From contig NC_068984.1 of NCBI RefSeq assembly GCF_001194135.2, positions 7,549,783 through 7,585,949 of the forward strand: DNA of 36,167 nt. The letters are read 5' to 3'. This DNA comes from Octopus bimaculoides. Taxonomy: Eukaryota. The position numbers were made by a program, and so were the translations under genes. The notes beneath the pieces are model-generated. The model ran no database searches, was not told the origin of the DNA, and saw only the letters and a program-made list of their open reading frames with translations. Shown piece after piece: positions 11,049 to 23,110 of this stretch; position 1 is the stretch's first letter; each line of letters starts with the position of its first letter.

Positions 11049-11760
11049 ATTGAATAATTCCGAAAGCAAGAATATAATGAGTAAGATAAGCAAAATAAAC
11101 CACACGAGAATAAGATGTAAATATAGCCACATCCTCAATAAAAGTAGATCGAGATAGATTAGAACGGATACCTATATGTTAAACAATGTAATTGATGGAA
11201 GTACTGTGTACATATAAACCAGATGTCTAATGTAATTTAATAAATATTTCACTATCAGAAAAATAATCTCTTTGTTGTGTTGTTTAATCAAACAGAATAC
11301 ATAGCAGATGTAAATATAAGAATATATAACAGATTTAAAGGGATTGCAAACTTTCAGGCAATTTGGTTGCCATGCTAGTGTAAAAAGCATTTACCTACAA
11401 TCCAACAGAATTTGATTTATGTAATAGAAACGTTATTTAATTTTTAAATGATAAAAATACAATTTTAGCGTCGATGTAAAAATCAACAATATGTTTACAC
11501 TACGATCTCTTTATCTGTCGCTGGACTGCAAAAACTGTGTGTAGATTATTTTTTATCTAATTAGTTTACTAATCAAACTAATTTACAACATATTTTGTCC
11601 GACGCTATACTTCGAATTCCCTCCCCACGAAAATAAATGCTTGCTCCTTAACACCAACGGACAAAGCATATGTCGTGTGTGTGCGCGCGCTTGTGTGTGT
11701 AGATAGCTAGATTGAGAAATATAAGATATATATACATGTATAAACATAAAGTTATATACA

Positions 11761-11762
<2 letters not shown>

Positions 11763-11802
<40 letters not shown>

Positions 11803-11855
11803 NNNNNNNNNNTATATATGTACATACACACGCACAAACACACATGCACACGGAA

Positions 11856-11890
<35 letters not shown>

Positions 11891-11891
11891 T

Positions 11892-11926
<35 letters not shown>
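11763..11926. repeat. (TA)n / gap (11803-11812) / (CA)n compound microsatellite
   Basis: Direct. Confidence 0.95.
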
Positions 11927-14228
11927 CTGGAAGTAAGTTTAAGTAAAATTTTATGAATTACAATTTTTCCTTACGGCCTCTTTCTGGTGATAAGCAAAGC
12001 ATTAAGCAGACTCCAACATCTCATAACGAAACCCTTACGAGAAGTGTTTTAAATAAATATTCACTATTTGAATTCATTCTTAATAAACCACCAACACAAA
12101 AACAAAACCTGAAGTAGGAAAAGTAAAACGGATTAGTTTATCTCTCGTTACGCATTATGTTGCTGTTAATAGGTGTACAATAAAACAAACTCATTCCTCT
12201 ACACCTAATCACACCCAATCTCTAACGTCGTCTAAACATTACAATCTAAAACCACCGAGCCATCCTCTACCGACATTTATATTTGCATTAACCGGAATGC
12301 ATATCACCTAATATCTAATTGTCAGGTTAGCAATAAATGCACTAATGGACCTTACAAGCTAATCATTCTCTCACATGCACCGGTCACACATTTACACCTT
12401 TTAAGTTACGCTCCACTAATCATGCGCATACATTTAGAAACACTGACATATATAATGAAGCAGCTCCTCTATCCCGAGTCATTACAAATGAAAATCAATA
12501 ATTTACCACACAATCTGAAACGGACGACAAGTTATATAAGTCATATACCGGAAAAGCAAAGGACTTGTAATCTTTGCACTTCAAAGAGATTGCAATTCTT
12601 TTCAGCTACCGTTAATAAACACAATAAAGCCATATATTATTGCTTTGACAAATGCCTTTCCTCATATCACTATTATAAACTTAATCCTTATCCTCACAGA
12701 CAAAATTCTGTTAGCTTACGCATCGAATTTTTAAAATCCCCTTTAGCTCAGTTTGATTTATTAAAACGTACTTGCTGCCTCAATTAACGCTTATTAACTC
12801 ACACTAATAGTTGTTATATAATAATCAAACTATAATAAATTACCAGTTTCTAACGTTAACATTTAAATTTTAATCCTTGCAAAAAGTAGTCTCGAAATAG
12901 CTTATATAATCCGTAAATTTCTATAAGCCGATAATTCATCCCGTTAGCTTCAGTTCCTGCTCATGCATTGATATTTAAAACAGATTTATTATCCTGCTCT
13001 CAATATATTTTACTCACGTTCCCTTATAATGTCTAGAACTACAAAATACGGGCAACATTTTATTTCTAAAGGCTGTCCGATAGCTATTCTCTATATAGTA
13101 GCCGCGATATTTGCCTGACATGCTGTTACCAGCGCTTCCCACTGTTGACTTTTAGTAGACCGAAATCATGTGATATGGAAATTCCCGGGCCCATGACAGA
13201 CAATTTTCTTCTGCTACAATCTATGTGTGTATTGTTATGCACCAAGCGCCTACAAGAGAGGATTTCTCAAGGATATTAACACATTAGTCGGCGTTCTAAC
13301 AAGCCATCCATGTTTAGTTGGATATAAAGATTACCTTTCGGTATTAATACTGCTTCCGTCGCTAATAATTAATCATTAGATATAATTAGCAAAGGTGGCT
13401 GTCAATGTTATCGTTAAGGAAGAACAACCAGGAAGTAATCGATTCAATAAAATTATAAACAGTACATTTAATATCAATAGTTTCATATTAAAGAACATAG
13501 TTCTCGCCTGTCACACAATCATTAGTAATTAAGGCGCTTCATTTAGCAGAATCGATCCTCAACATGAGAGAGTCTGAAATAAATAAATATTAGATAGTTT
13601 ACCATTTATTTGCTTAATTCCTATAATCCAGTAATGGTGTAAAATCTAGAATCTTTCTTCAAAGAACAGGGTGTCACTTTTCATATAGTTGGTTTTTACA
13701 ACCTCCACCCACCCACTGAGTATTTTTGTACCTTAATATTTAATTCAATGATTATTTTATTTTTGCTCTGTTCCCTAAACCCTCAAACGCACTCAATAAT
13801 TTACACTCAAACAGTGATGTTATTTCTATATAAATAACTTTCAAAATTTCAGTAGAAATTAAAACATCTTCCTTTTGTTCTCAGACACAGAATCCAATAT
13901 TTCTACGGAAAACAATATTTTATCAGAATTTTGTCGGATTCAATTACAATTTCTTTATATTTCCGAAACATACTGCTTTAAGTATGGTATATTCTTATGA
14001 TCTTCTTAATTTCCACCAACGCTTTTTTCTTGCTGCCGTGAAAGACGACTAAAGGTGGTCGAAGTAGGTTTTGCACTTCGACTTCGTAAACCATCATCAG
14101 CAACGACGACCCAGACTCCTGGATTGGAAGGTTTTCGAATGAATGGTGCAATAGTGTCATCCGCCAGGAGTAGGAGCCACCAACAAATGACGGATGCACT
14201 TTCGCACTGTTACAGCGCAAGCCCCCAA

Positions 14229-14410
14229 ACTACTATCACTACTACCAGTATACTACTACCACTACTACTACTACTATTACTTCTACTATTACTACTACTA
14301 CTAATAATAATAATAATAACAAGAAGAAGAAGAAGAAGAAGAAAAAGAAGAAGAAGAAGAAGAAAAAGAAGAAGAAGAACAACAACAACAACAACAATAA
14401 TAATAATACT
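14229..14410. repeat. Compound trinucleotide microsatellite (CTA)n-(TAA)n-(GAA)n-(CAA)n-(TAA)n
   Basis: Direct; source of the poly-L/I/R/T ORF 14055-14435. Confidence 0.95.
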
Positions 14411-16202
14411 ATGTTGCCATTACCCCCCAAAGTAATATCCATATAAATTTAAGTTTTTAACAAGAACTTCTTATAAAAATTCTGTCTTAAAACCAGCTCA
14501 CAGATCTCAGAGCCGTAATTGTCTGGCAAACAAGTTGATCTGAGACTGGTAACTGAAACTAAAATAATTACGGTGTGGGAGACACATGTTAGCCATTACA
14601 AAAAAAAATTGACAAAGGTTGTGTCGCAGCAGAGCAATATTTGTGACCTGGTCGCAGTCGGTGCGACAAAAGTCATGACACCAAATAATAAATGTTTTAA
14701 CGAAGTCTTTGTGTGCTTTTGAAAGAAGAGTACTTTTTTACACGCTATATTTGTTATCATATTTACAACATCCCCTTATACAAAATTGATTCGTTAACTG
14801 ATTAATTCGTGTTTTCTTAAGTTGTCTTTATCTTGCCTGTATTTTCGACCTCAGATTCATATTTCTTCTCCAATGACTATATCATCCGAGTCTAGACTGA
14901 CTCAAAACCTTTCTTAATAACCTCGCAATACAATTACTTTAATTCACCATATAAACTCTGTCATTCTGTCATTTTTCATTTTTACTTATCTCCATAACTT
15001 TGTGGTATATATTACAACACTTTAAACGACTGCCATAACATCTTTTCAAATCTCTCTTCGGCCTTTATATTAAATTAAAATTAATTCTCACTTTGGCATT
15101 TACCACTTCCTATATAAGAACATCAATTAAAAGATACTAAAATCTAATCTCACGTTGATCTCCATCTTCGCTCCGAACTCCATCTAAATCTAACATATCT
15201 TATTAATCTTTCCCGTGGTAAAGTCTGAATATATTGAAATGCCAATGCAGATAATTGTGTACAAGAAACAGTGTAATGACAGAAGCGATACATGACCCTA
15301 CTAAATACATTTATCATGAACTTCAGCGTTCACAAAGCAACAGAGAACAGGTCCTAGAGATAACAGATAGACTTCCTTTAAATTACAAGTTATCGTCTTA
15401 TAATTTAAATGTAAATTAGAAGATGTAATACTGGATATTCCGAAACCGATCAAGGCTAGAGCACTAAGAATCATATATGTCTGTTCGATTAGTTTTAGAC
15501 TGTGCCTAAATGGTGTTCCTAAATTCACTCTACTACATTTAGAAGAGTCAATTTTGCTTTCCAGAATTTGACCGTTACTTCGGAAAATATAAATGCTGCG
15601 TTTAAAACTATGAGAGACAGAATGGCGGCCAATTGATTGATGTACCACAACATCGCATTAAATACTTTGCCATATTTTGTTCCGGCTTTCAATATCCGGT
15701 TTACATTCATCTAACCATCAAGTCGCATCCATGAATGATAAAACTGACACCTTTTAATATTCCGGTGTCAAATCACTTAGTAATATTCTTTCTCTCCAAA
15801 TCAGTGATAATCTACCAAAATAGCTTAAGGATATGAGCATATATTTGCATTGAAGTCGTTTCCCAATTATCTTCAACTTTATTTAACTTGGATATTGCAT
15901 GAACAACATACACTATGTCAACGAACAAAGACGTATTTCTAGGGGTGAATTATTCAAAGCCCAAAGAATTCCACTCAACACATGGCAATGATGATCTCCA
16001 ACTATTCCTGCTCGAGATCAGAGACGCAGGTATCGTCAGCCACTAACGGATATGCTCAACCGGCTAAGATCAAGAAACTGACAAGTGAATCCGTGGTATT
16101 TGCTCTGCTCCATCTTTTTATACCAAGGCAAAACATGTACATAATAACACTTCTAATCATTTAAGATTAGAAGCCATGAGAGCCAATGCCTGGTATTGCA
16201 TC

Positions 16203-16257
16203 ATTATTATTATTATTATTATTATTGTTATTGTTGTTGTTGTTGTTATTATTATTA
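16203..16257. repeat. (TTA)/(TTG) microsatellite, the (TAA/CAA)n tail of the adjacent LINE fragment
   Basis: Direct. Confidence 0.95.
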
Positions 16258-16582
16258 TATAGTTAACATTTGCTTTGTGTTTGTTCAAGTTGGCTCCAAG
16301 TCTCACCCAGAGACCTCAAGAGACAACAAGTTAGAACTTCATGTTGGTGTTATGCCTACAGTGCCATATATTTAGCTTTGCACATAATATTGTTCTGGAG
16401 AATGTTTAAGAAGACATGAAATTTATGAGTTTGTTTTATTTTTTTTTAGTTTGATATTACATAGACAGTATTTTACGTAGGATATGGAGAGTTCATATGA
16501 ACACCAACTTTTGAATTTCTGCCATTTTGTGGTTTCTTGGTATCTGAGCTACGTAGGAGTCAGTCCCTTTTGCTATCTAGAA
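16258..16582 (-). mobile_element. 3'-terminal fragment of R4/Dong-clade non-LTR retrotransposon
   Basis: Minus strand reads IAKGTDSYVAQIPRNHKMAEIQKLVFI*TLHILRKILSM* (stop 16459-16457), then a 3' UTR homologous to 4830-5032 and a TAA-rich tail. Confidence 0.8.
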
Positions 16583-16704
16583 AAGCCAACTAGAAAATGC
16601 CGAGCTTTTTTCGACACTTACTTCACTTCGCTTTGAATGACGTTTCCTCATCTGCCAAAGCCGCCCAAGACGTTTGTGTTGTGTCAAGCCCCGTTGATTT
16701 TTAC

Positions 16705-16803
16705 CGTCAAAGTGTTGGCAATATCGTGGAACTTGGGCAAGAAGTCGTGAACAATGAAGTAGAATATATTGTTGACTAATTTGTTAAAATTGTTGATGCA
16801 AAT
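16705..16803 (-). CDS. Candidate internal exon (99 bp, phase 0-0), unknown product
   Basis: Acceptor ttttttcatttattttaatcatag|, open frame ICINNFNKLVNNIFYFIVHDFLPKFHDIANTLT with 17/33 C-ending codons in an AT-rich background, weak donor |gtaaaa. No recognisable domain. Confidence 0.4.
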
Positions 16804-17688
16804 CTATGATTAAAATAAATGAAAAAAATGAACGAATTTATGTGACAATCTCGTATGCACATTAACAATAAACCAGAATTGCACATTCAACACAAATGCA
16901 AATAAATCTATTGTTAGACATAGAGAACGTCCAATGTAGAAATACTAGTAATTACTAATAGCAGATTGAATGTAGCTTTTAATTAGACTGACGGTAAACA
17001 AACCATATTCGGCTAAATAAAAATTTCATTGCACATACAATATCACTTTACTAACAGTGATTAGATGCCCGTGTATAACTAGGTAGACTTAATTATGGAG
17101 AATGAGGCAACTTCGCCAAAGTCTCGGCACATTCGCTAATGACTGTATAGCGATAATCAGATTAGTTTTGGCTGGTAACCTGAGACCTAACAATTCATGA
17201 AGAACTGTTCAGTGGTATTGAAACATGATAGAAAGCTGCTATTATTTAATGCGTCATTCATAATAGAAAGTTATAGCAATTGAATCAATCAGTGGGCATG
17301 TTAATGTTATTACTTGTTAATTAGGCAGCAATATATATATAGTAACACAAGGATAGTTGCTAATATGTACCGGCGTAAATCAATTACCAAATATAACCAT
17401 AAACTGATATATCTATGCGTCACGTGAACAGTTAATCTCAATGTATGTCCTGATGAAGGATCGAACGAGAAATTCTTGTCTCAAATTATTCTTCTCATTA
17501 TACACCAACATATAAATTCATTTATTGCATTTGAATGTGTTTCCACATGCAGCTGTCGACATTTTTCCATCCAAGGCATTTTTAACAAATATTCTATTAC
17601 ATGATATTATTTACGGTTCTATCTGCTTTTAGTTGAAAAATAATGATTTACTTCATATCTCTTGGAGTTTCTAAATGTTCATAATGCA

Positions 17689-18525
17689 AAGGCGTGGCTG
17701 TGTGGTAAGAAGCTTCCTTGGCAACCACATTGTTCTGGTTTCAATTCTGCTGCGTGTGAACTTAGGAAGACAGACTTCTACTATAACTAAGGGCCGGCCA
17801 AATATATATGTGNNNNNNNNNNNNNNNNNNNNNNNNNNNNNNNNNNNNNNNNNNNNNNNNNNNNNNNNNNNNNNNNNNNNNNNNNNNNNNNNNNNNNNNN
17901 NNNNNNNNNNNNNNNNNNNNNNNNNNNNNNNNNNNNNNNNNNNNNNNNNNNATATATATATATATATATATATATATATACGCACACACACACGCACACA
18001 CGCGCACACATTCACATACCTCAATGTCTATACACACATATATTCACACAGAGTTGAAACGCTCACCCCTTCCTTTCACATTCATAAACATAAGAGTATT
18101 ATTATAGTAGATTATCTCGCAACCGTGGGAACTATGAAAAAATATCACATCACCCTTTCCTTCCTGAATTCATCTATCAACCCTTCGTTTCTCATTCATA
18201 AACAGAACAGTGTTATTATAGTAAATTATCTCGGTAACCATGGGAGCTATGAAAAAACTACAAAGCCCAGCATCACCACTGGATCATTCTACACATCTGT
18301 GTAATTTTTCGCACAATAACACCGAGCCGTTTGACCGTGAATCCCAGACACCTGGTGTTGGTGTGTTGACGTCTTCATAACTTAGCAGTTCGATACAAGA
18401 GAATGATAGAATAAGTACCAGGCTTCAAATAACATAAGCACTAGGGTCTATTCGTTTGACTAACATCGTCAAGGCTGCGCTCCAGCATGGTCACAATCTA
18501 ATAAATGAACCAATTAAATGATAAT
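17689..18525 (+). mobile_element. SINE family A with expanded linker: head 17689-17812, gap 17813-17951, (TA)/(CA) run, tail about 18325-18525
   Basis: Head ggcgtggctgtgtggtaagaagcttcctt..caaccacat..tctggtttcaatt; tail cataacttagcagttcg...gatagaataagtaccaggctt...gctccagcatggtcaca. Whether both halves belong to one copy is inferred. Confidence 0.7.
18067..18257 (+). repeat. Diverged direct duplication, about 76-nt unit, period 114
   Basis: cccttcctttcacattcataaaca...ttattatagtagattatctc..aaccgtgggaactatgaaaaaa (18067-18142) versus cccttcgtttctcattcataaaca...ttattatagtaaattatctc...aaccatgggagctatgaaaaaa (18181-18257). Confidence 0.9.
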
Positions 18526-19747
18526 ACGCGCTTGAAAGAACAACGTTTCTAAAATAGATGCATACAATTGGAAGGGTTTCTTTAGTGCAATAGCTAGAAC
18601 GTCTATCGTGTTTACTGAAGATAAGAGTTCGTGCCCCACAGGCAGCCTTAGAATTTTATTCCTTCAAAGAGTCTTTATTTAACTCGATATTCTGCAAGCT
18701 ATTCTTCATAGCTGTATCTAATTCGAGTTTCCCCGTTAAAAATAATTTACTTTATTTGTCTAATTATAAACTGATTGATGTATCTGTTAATGACGTATTG
18801 ATTAATAATGAATGTGTCCTAATGATTTATAGATTAACTTGTTCATTTAGCAAAAGGATAGGTCACCTAGGTAGTCATTTTGTACCTGCGTAGCCACAAA
18901 GATAAGCTGTTAGCGATTTTACAATACTGCATCTCTTTGCCTGAATCATCAAAGGAAAATCGATTCTGTCAGGTCTGAACACCTATTAGCAAGCCTTGAT
19001 ATCTTGAAAAACAAGTAAGATGCCTGTTATTAATTTTAGAATTTTAACATGTCATATCAGATTATAATTAATTCGGGAGAGTGTTACATTCGAAGCGCTT
19101 CACATACAAGAGCTAAGACAATTCAAACAATTATTACACTTTCATCCATTACCCGCTGCTTTTTATTATGCTATGATGTTTTAATAATCTGCATTAGAGA
19201 ACGTTGATGCCAGGAAAACGTCGACTCTATATTCATTAGTCAACGTATATAATTTATATACATCTTATAATAACAATAGCTTCTGACATTGGCAAATGGC
19301 CAGAAATTTATAGGGGATGAATAATTTGATTCACTTGACTCACAATATGTTGCTGAAGCATATTCTGTAGAGCAGAGAAGATAAACAGATAAAATCGACA
19401 TCGACAGGATTTGAAATAAACATGTAAAAGGATTTAACACAAAATTGCAATTTATTGTGCCCGGCACTAATTGTATCACTCCTGATCTAATATTTTTCTG
19501 GAAAAATCTACTCAACACATATTGTTATCTATAGCACTCTCTTTCTAGCTCTACCAAACATGTAATATCATAAGAACACCTACCGTTGACCCGACACAAC
19601 GTGTATTAATCACACTTATTACATTGGGCATGAGACGTTCTGGCATAACCATTTTGGCGCCGCCTATTTGGCAGCGCTAATTCGATACTGACTTCATAGA
19701 CATTATTTACATTTGACGGATATTTGTCCTCATCTTGTTTGTTGAGG

Positions 19748-19775
19748 AAATATATATATATATATATATGCATGC

Positions 19776-19811
<36 letters not shown>

Positions 19812-20075
19812 NNNNNNNNNNNNNNNNNNNNNNNNNNNNNNNNNNNNNNNNNNNNNATATATAATAGTATAGTATATGTGTGCGCGATGGCGTATGTCTG
19901 TGCATTTTTCTTTGTATTTGTGTTTGAAGGCCACCACTTGACAATCCATGTAAGCTAACGGTTCGAAAAACAAGACCGATAGAATTAGTATCAGTCTTAA
20001 AAAAGTAAACTCGTCGTGGCGGCGTCACAGCATGACCACAGTCCAATAACTTAAACAGGCAAAAAGAAGATATGA
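19748..20075 (+). mobile_element. (TA)n / gap (19812-19856) followed by SINE family A tail
   Basis: ccacttgacaa...acggttcg.aaaa..agaccgatagaat.agta...cagcatgaccacagtc. Confidence 0.7.
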
Positions 20076-20145
20076 CAGCAGCTATTTTGGCTTTATACTG
20101 CCGTTTCATATTGGTAGTAAAACTAGTAATATTACTAGTAACTAG

Positions 20146-20366
20146 TTTTATCCTTTCTACCATAGGTACAAAGATGGACATTTGCTGGTTGTGGGGGGCA
20201 GTCGATTAGATCGACGCCAGGACACAACTAGTACTTAATTTATCGACCCCGAAAGGATAAAAAGTAAATTCGATCTCGGTGGAATTTGAACTCAAAAGGC
20301 AGCGACGAGCGAAATATTGTGAGCATTTCGCCCGGCGTGCTAACCACCTTGCCAGATCGCTGTCTT
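20146..20366 (-). mobile_element. SINE family B
   Basis: agtcgattagatcgac...gtacttaatttatcgaccccgaaaggat...ggaatttgaactca...gcatttcgcccggcgtgctaac. Confidence 0.92.
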
Positions 20367-20415
20367 ACAAGTAACTGGTAATATGAGCGGTTGTTAGTTT
20401 ATACTATTTGAGTCT

Positions 20416-20785
20416 AAGGCGATGAACTGACAGAATCGTAAACGCACCGGACAAAATGCTTAGCGGAATTTCGTCCGTCTTTGCGCTGTGAGTTCAAATT
20501 CCGCCAAGGTCGACTTTGCCTTTCATCCTTTCGATGTCGATTAAATAAGTACCAGTTACGCACTGGGGTCGATATAATCGAGTTAATCGTTTGTCTGTCT
20601 TTGTTTGTCCCCTCTGTGTATAGCCCCTTGTGGGCAGTAAAGAAATAGGTATTTCGTCTGCCGCTACATTCTGAGTTCAAATTCCGCCGAGGTCGACAAA
20701 ATAAATACCAGTTGAACACTGGGGTCGATATAACTGACTCATCTCCACCTCCTCCAGGCTGCCCTTTTGGCAAAAATTTGAAATA
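20416..20785 (+). mobile_element. SINE family B, dimeric (core duplicated)
   Basis: Core gagttcaaattccgcc.aggtcgac...ctggggtcgatataa occurs at about 20485-20580 and again at about 20670-20735. Confidence 0.92.
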
Positions 20786-22115
20786 ATTATTAGTAGTTAT
20801 TAGTAACATTGTTTTAAGTGAAATTGTTCGTAAGATTTTGAGAATATATACAAATAAGTATGAAAGAGCAATAATTATTTTCAAGCAATTTATAACGTAA
20901 GCCAATGTTTGGCACGTTTCTAAATTATTTATTTTTGAAATATATTCTGCCTCATAAGGAATTCATTTAAAGCAGGATGTTGCAAGATTTCTTTAAGAAT
21001 CTAAGACTCAATGATGGGATAAACATAGCTGCTGATATCAGTCATGGATTAGCCATTTCCTTTCAACTGTTCATGCCGTTAAATCTATATCGAAGTTAAC
21101 AATCAACGAATCAATAAAAAGTAATCAATAAAGAAAACAAAAAAAAAAAGATATGTCGTATATCCTAATATGTGTAATTAGACAGGAGAAATAAACTAAA
21201 ATATCAGATCTGGCAATGAAGGAGAGATTAAGGTTTCTTCGAATCGGCAGACCAAACTAATACGCATCTAGATTACTGCTATCATTCAAAAGACTTTTAT
21301 CAATGTTAAATAATTCCAAAACTAAAGAAAATCTATCAATCTGATAACGAATAAATAAACACATAATAAACAAATAAATTATACTGACAAACAAAATGAG
21401 AAGAAGAAAAAACACACACAAAAGAAAACAATCAATAACTTGGAAATTACTATTAATCTGCCGTTTATCTCACATTGCAGAAAAATATTGGAAAATGGAT
21501 CCATTGAAATGTATAAGAAGAAATAAATAGCAATATAAAATATTCAACGCGATTTTTTCGCGAGAAATAATTTAGGAAATAAAGAATAGCTAAATAATGG
21601 TAAGGTTCTCTTGAGAAATGGGAAATTCAATAGTGTGAAATAAAAGATAAACAAAAATTGATTTGGAAGAGGGGAAAAAGAGATTGTCTAGAATTACTTC
21701 GATTAATGCCCGTTGACGGTTGCAAAAACCATTTTAACATATGCACGTATACTTTTTCTGACTGTAATAAAGGACAGGACGAAAGAATTTTATTGAGTAA
21801 AAACGTTATCGAGTACGAATTTGAAGTTATAGAATAACAACTTAAGAATTTACTTTAGTTTAAAACGTATGCAGGCAGCCTTCTTCACTTTCTCCGACAC
21901 CGTCAGCTTTTAGACAGAAGGAAGATTATATGTCTTTCAGCGTTACAATGAAACATAAATCTTTTACTGTTTCAATAAAGCATAAATACCAACGTTAATG
22001 GCATGGAAATGGTTATTCTTGTTATTGTTGTTGAACCATATTTCAACCCTCGTAGAACACCCTTCTTATCAAAGACGCTCCACTCATGACCACCTATATT
22101 TTCTATATTAGTGTA

Positions 22116-22690
22116 TACTCTTTACTCTTTTACTGTTTTACTTTGTTTCAGTCATTTGACTGCGGCCATGCTGGTGCACCGCCTTTAGTCGAGCAAATCG
22201 ACGCCGCGACTTATTCTTTGTAAGCCCAGTACTTATTCTATCGGTCTCTTTTGCCGAACAGCTAAGTGACGGGGACATAAACACGCCAGTATCGGTTGTC
22301 GAGCGTTGTTCGGGGAGGGGCAAACACAGACACACAAACACAGACACACACACACACACACTCACACACACACACACACACACATATACATACATATATA
22401 TANNNNNNNNNNNNNNNNNNNNNNNNNNNNNNNNNNNNNNNNNNNNNNNNNNNNNNNNNNNNNNNNNNNNNNNNNNNNNNNNNNNNNNNNNNNNNNNNNN
22501 NNNNNNNNNNNNNNNNNNNNNNNNNNNATATACGACGGGCTTCTTTCAGCTTCCGTCTACCAAATCCACTCACAAGGCTTTGGTCTGCCCGAGGCTATAG
22601 TAGAAGACACTTGCCCAAGATGTCACGCAGTGGGACTGAACCCGGAACCATGTGGTTGGTAAGCAAGCTACTTACCACATAGCAACTCCT
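22116..22690 (-). mobile_element. SINE family A, best-preserved copy; gap 22403-22527 lies in the internal (CA)/(TA) linker
   Basis: Complete head, core, linker and tail ending in short (aaaagagt)-like repeats. Confidence 0.95.
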
Positions 22691-22705
22691 ATTCTAATAT
22701 TTTCT

Positions 22706-23110
22706 AAGTGTGGCTGTGTAATAAGAGGTCTGCTTCTCAACTACATGGTTCCGGGTTCAATCTTAATGCGTGGCACCTTGGGTAAGTGTCTTTTCCATAA
22801 CCTCGAACCGATCAAAACTTTGTGAGTGGATTTGATCGACGGAAACTGGAAGAAGCTTGTCGTATGTATATATATCTATATAAATATATGTCTGTGTGTC
22901 TTTCTGTCTATGTTTAACTCCCACCGCTGCTTGACAACTGGTGTTTGCGTGTTTATATCCCCATAATGGTTCGGCAAAAGCAATCAATAAAATATAAATA
23001 CCAGGCTTTAAAAGATTATAAGTAGTTGGGTCGATTCATTCGACTAAAATTCTTGAAGGTGGCGCCACAATATGGCCGCAGCCTGATAGCTCAAATAAGT
23101 AAAAGATAAA
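22706..23110 (+). mobile_element. SINE family A, older copy, head-to-head with the previous one
   Basis: gtggctgtgt..taag...catggttccgggttcaat...ttgtgagtggatttg..gacggaaactg.aagaagc..gtcgtat, plus tail; roughly 75-80% identical by eye to rc of the neighbour. Confidence 0.93.

Noticed and set aside
12180-12790. Possible CR1/L2-like fossil (RIHLE, FFS..VN motifs)
   Set aside because: Motif spacing does not fit CR1 RT; too degenerate to support.
15300-15720. Possible ancient LINE fragment
   Set aside because: Only vague resemblance; no RT motif readable.
19240-19518. 92-aa minus ORF with NPF/hydrophobic GPCR-like bits
   Set aside because: Motif order is inconsistent with a GPCR and there is no splice support.
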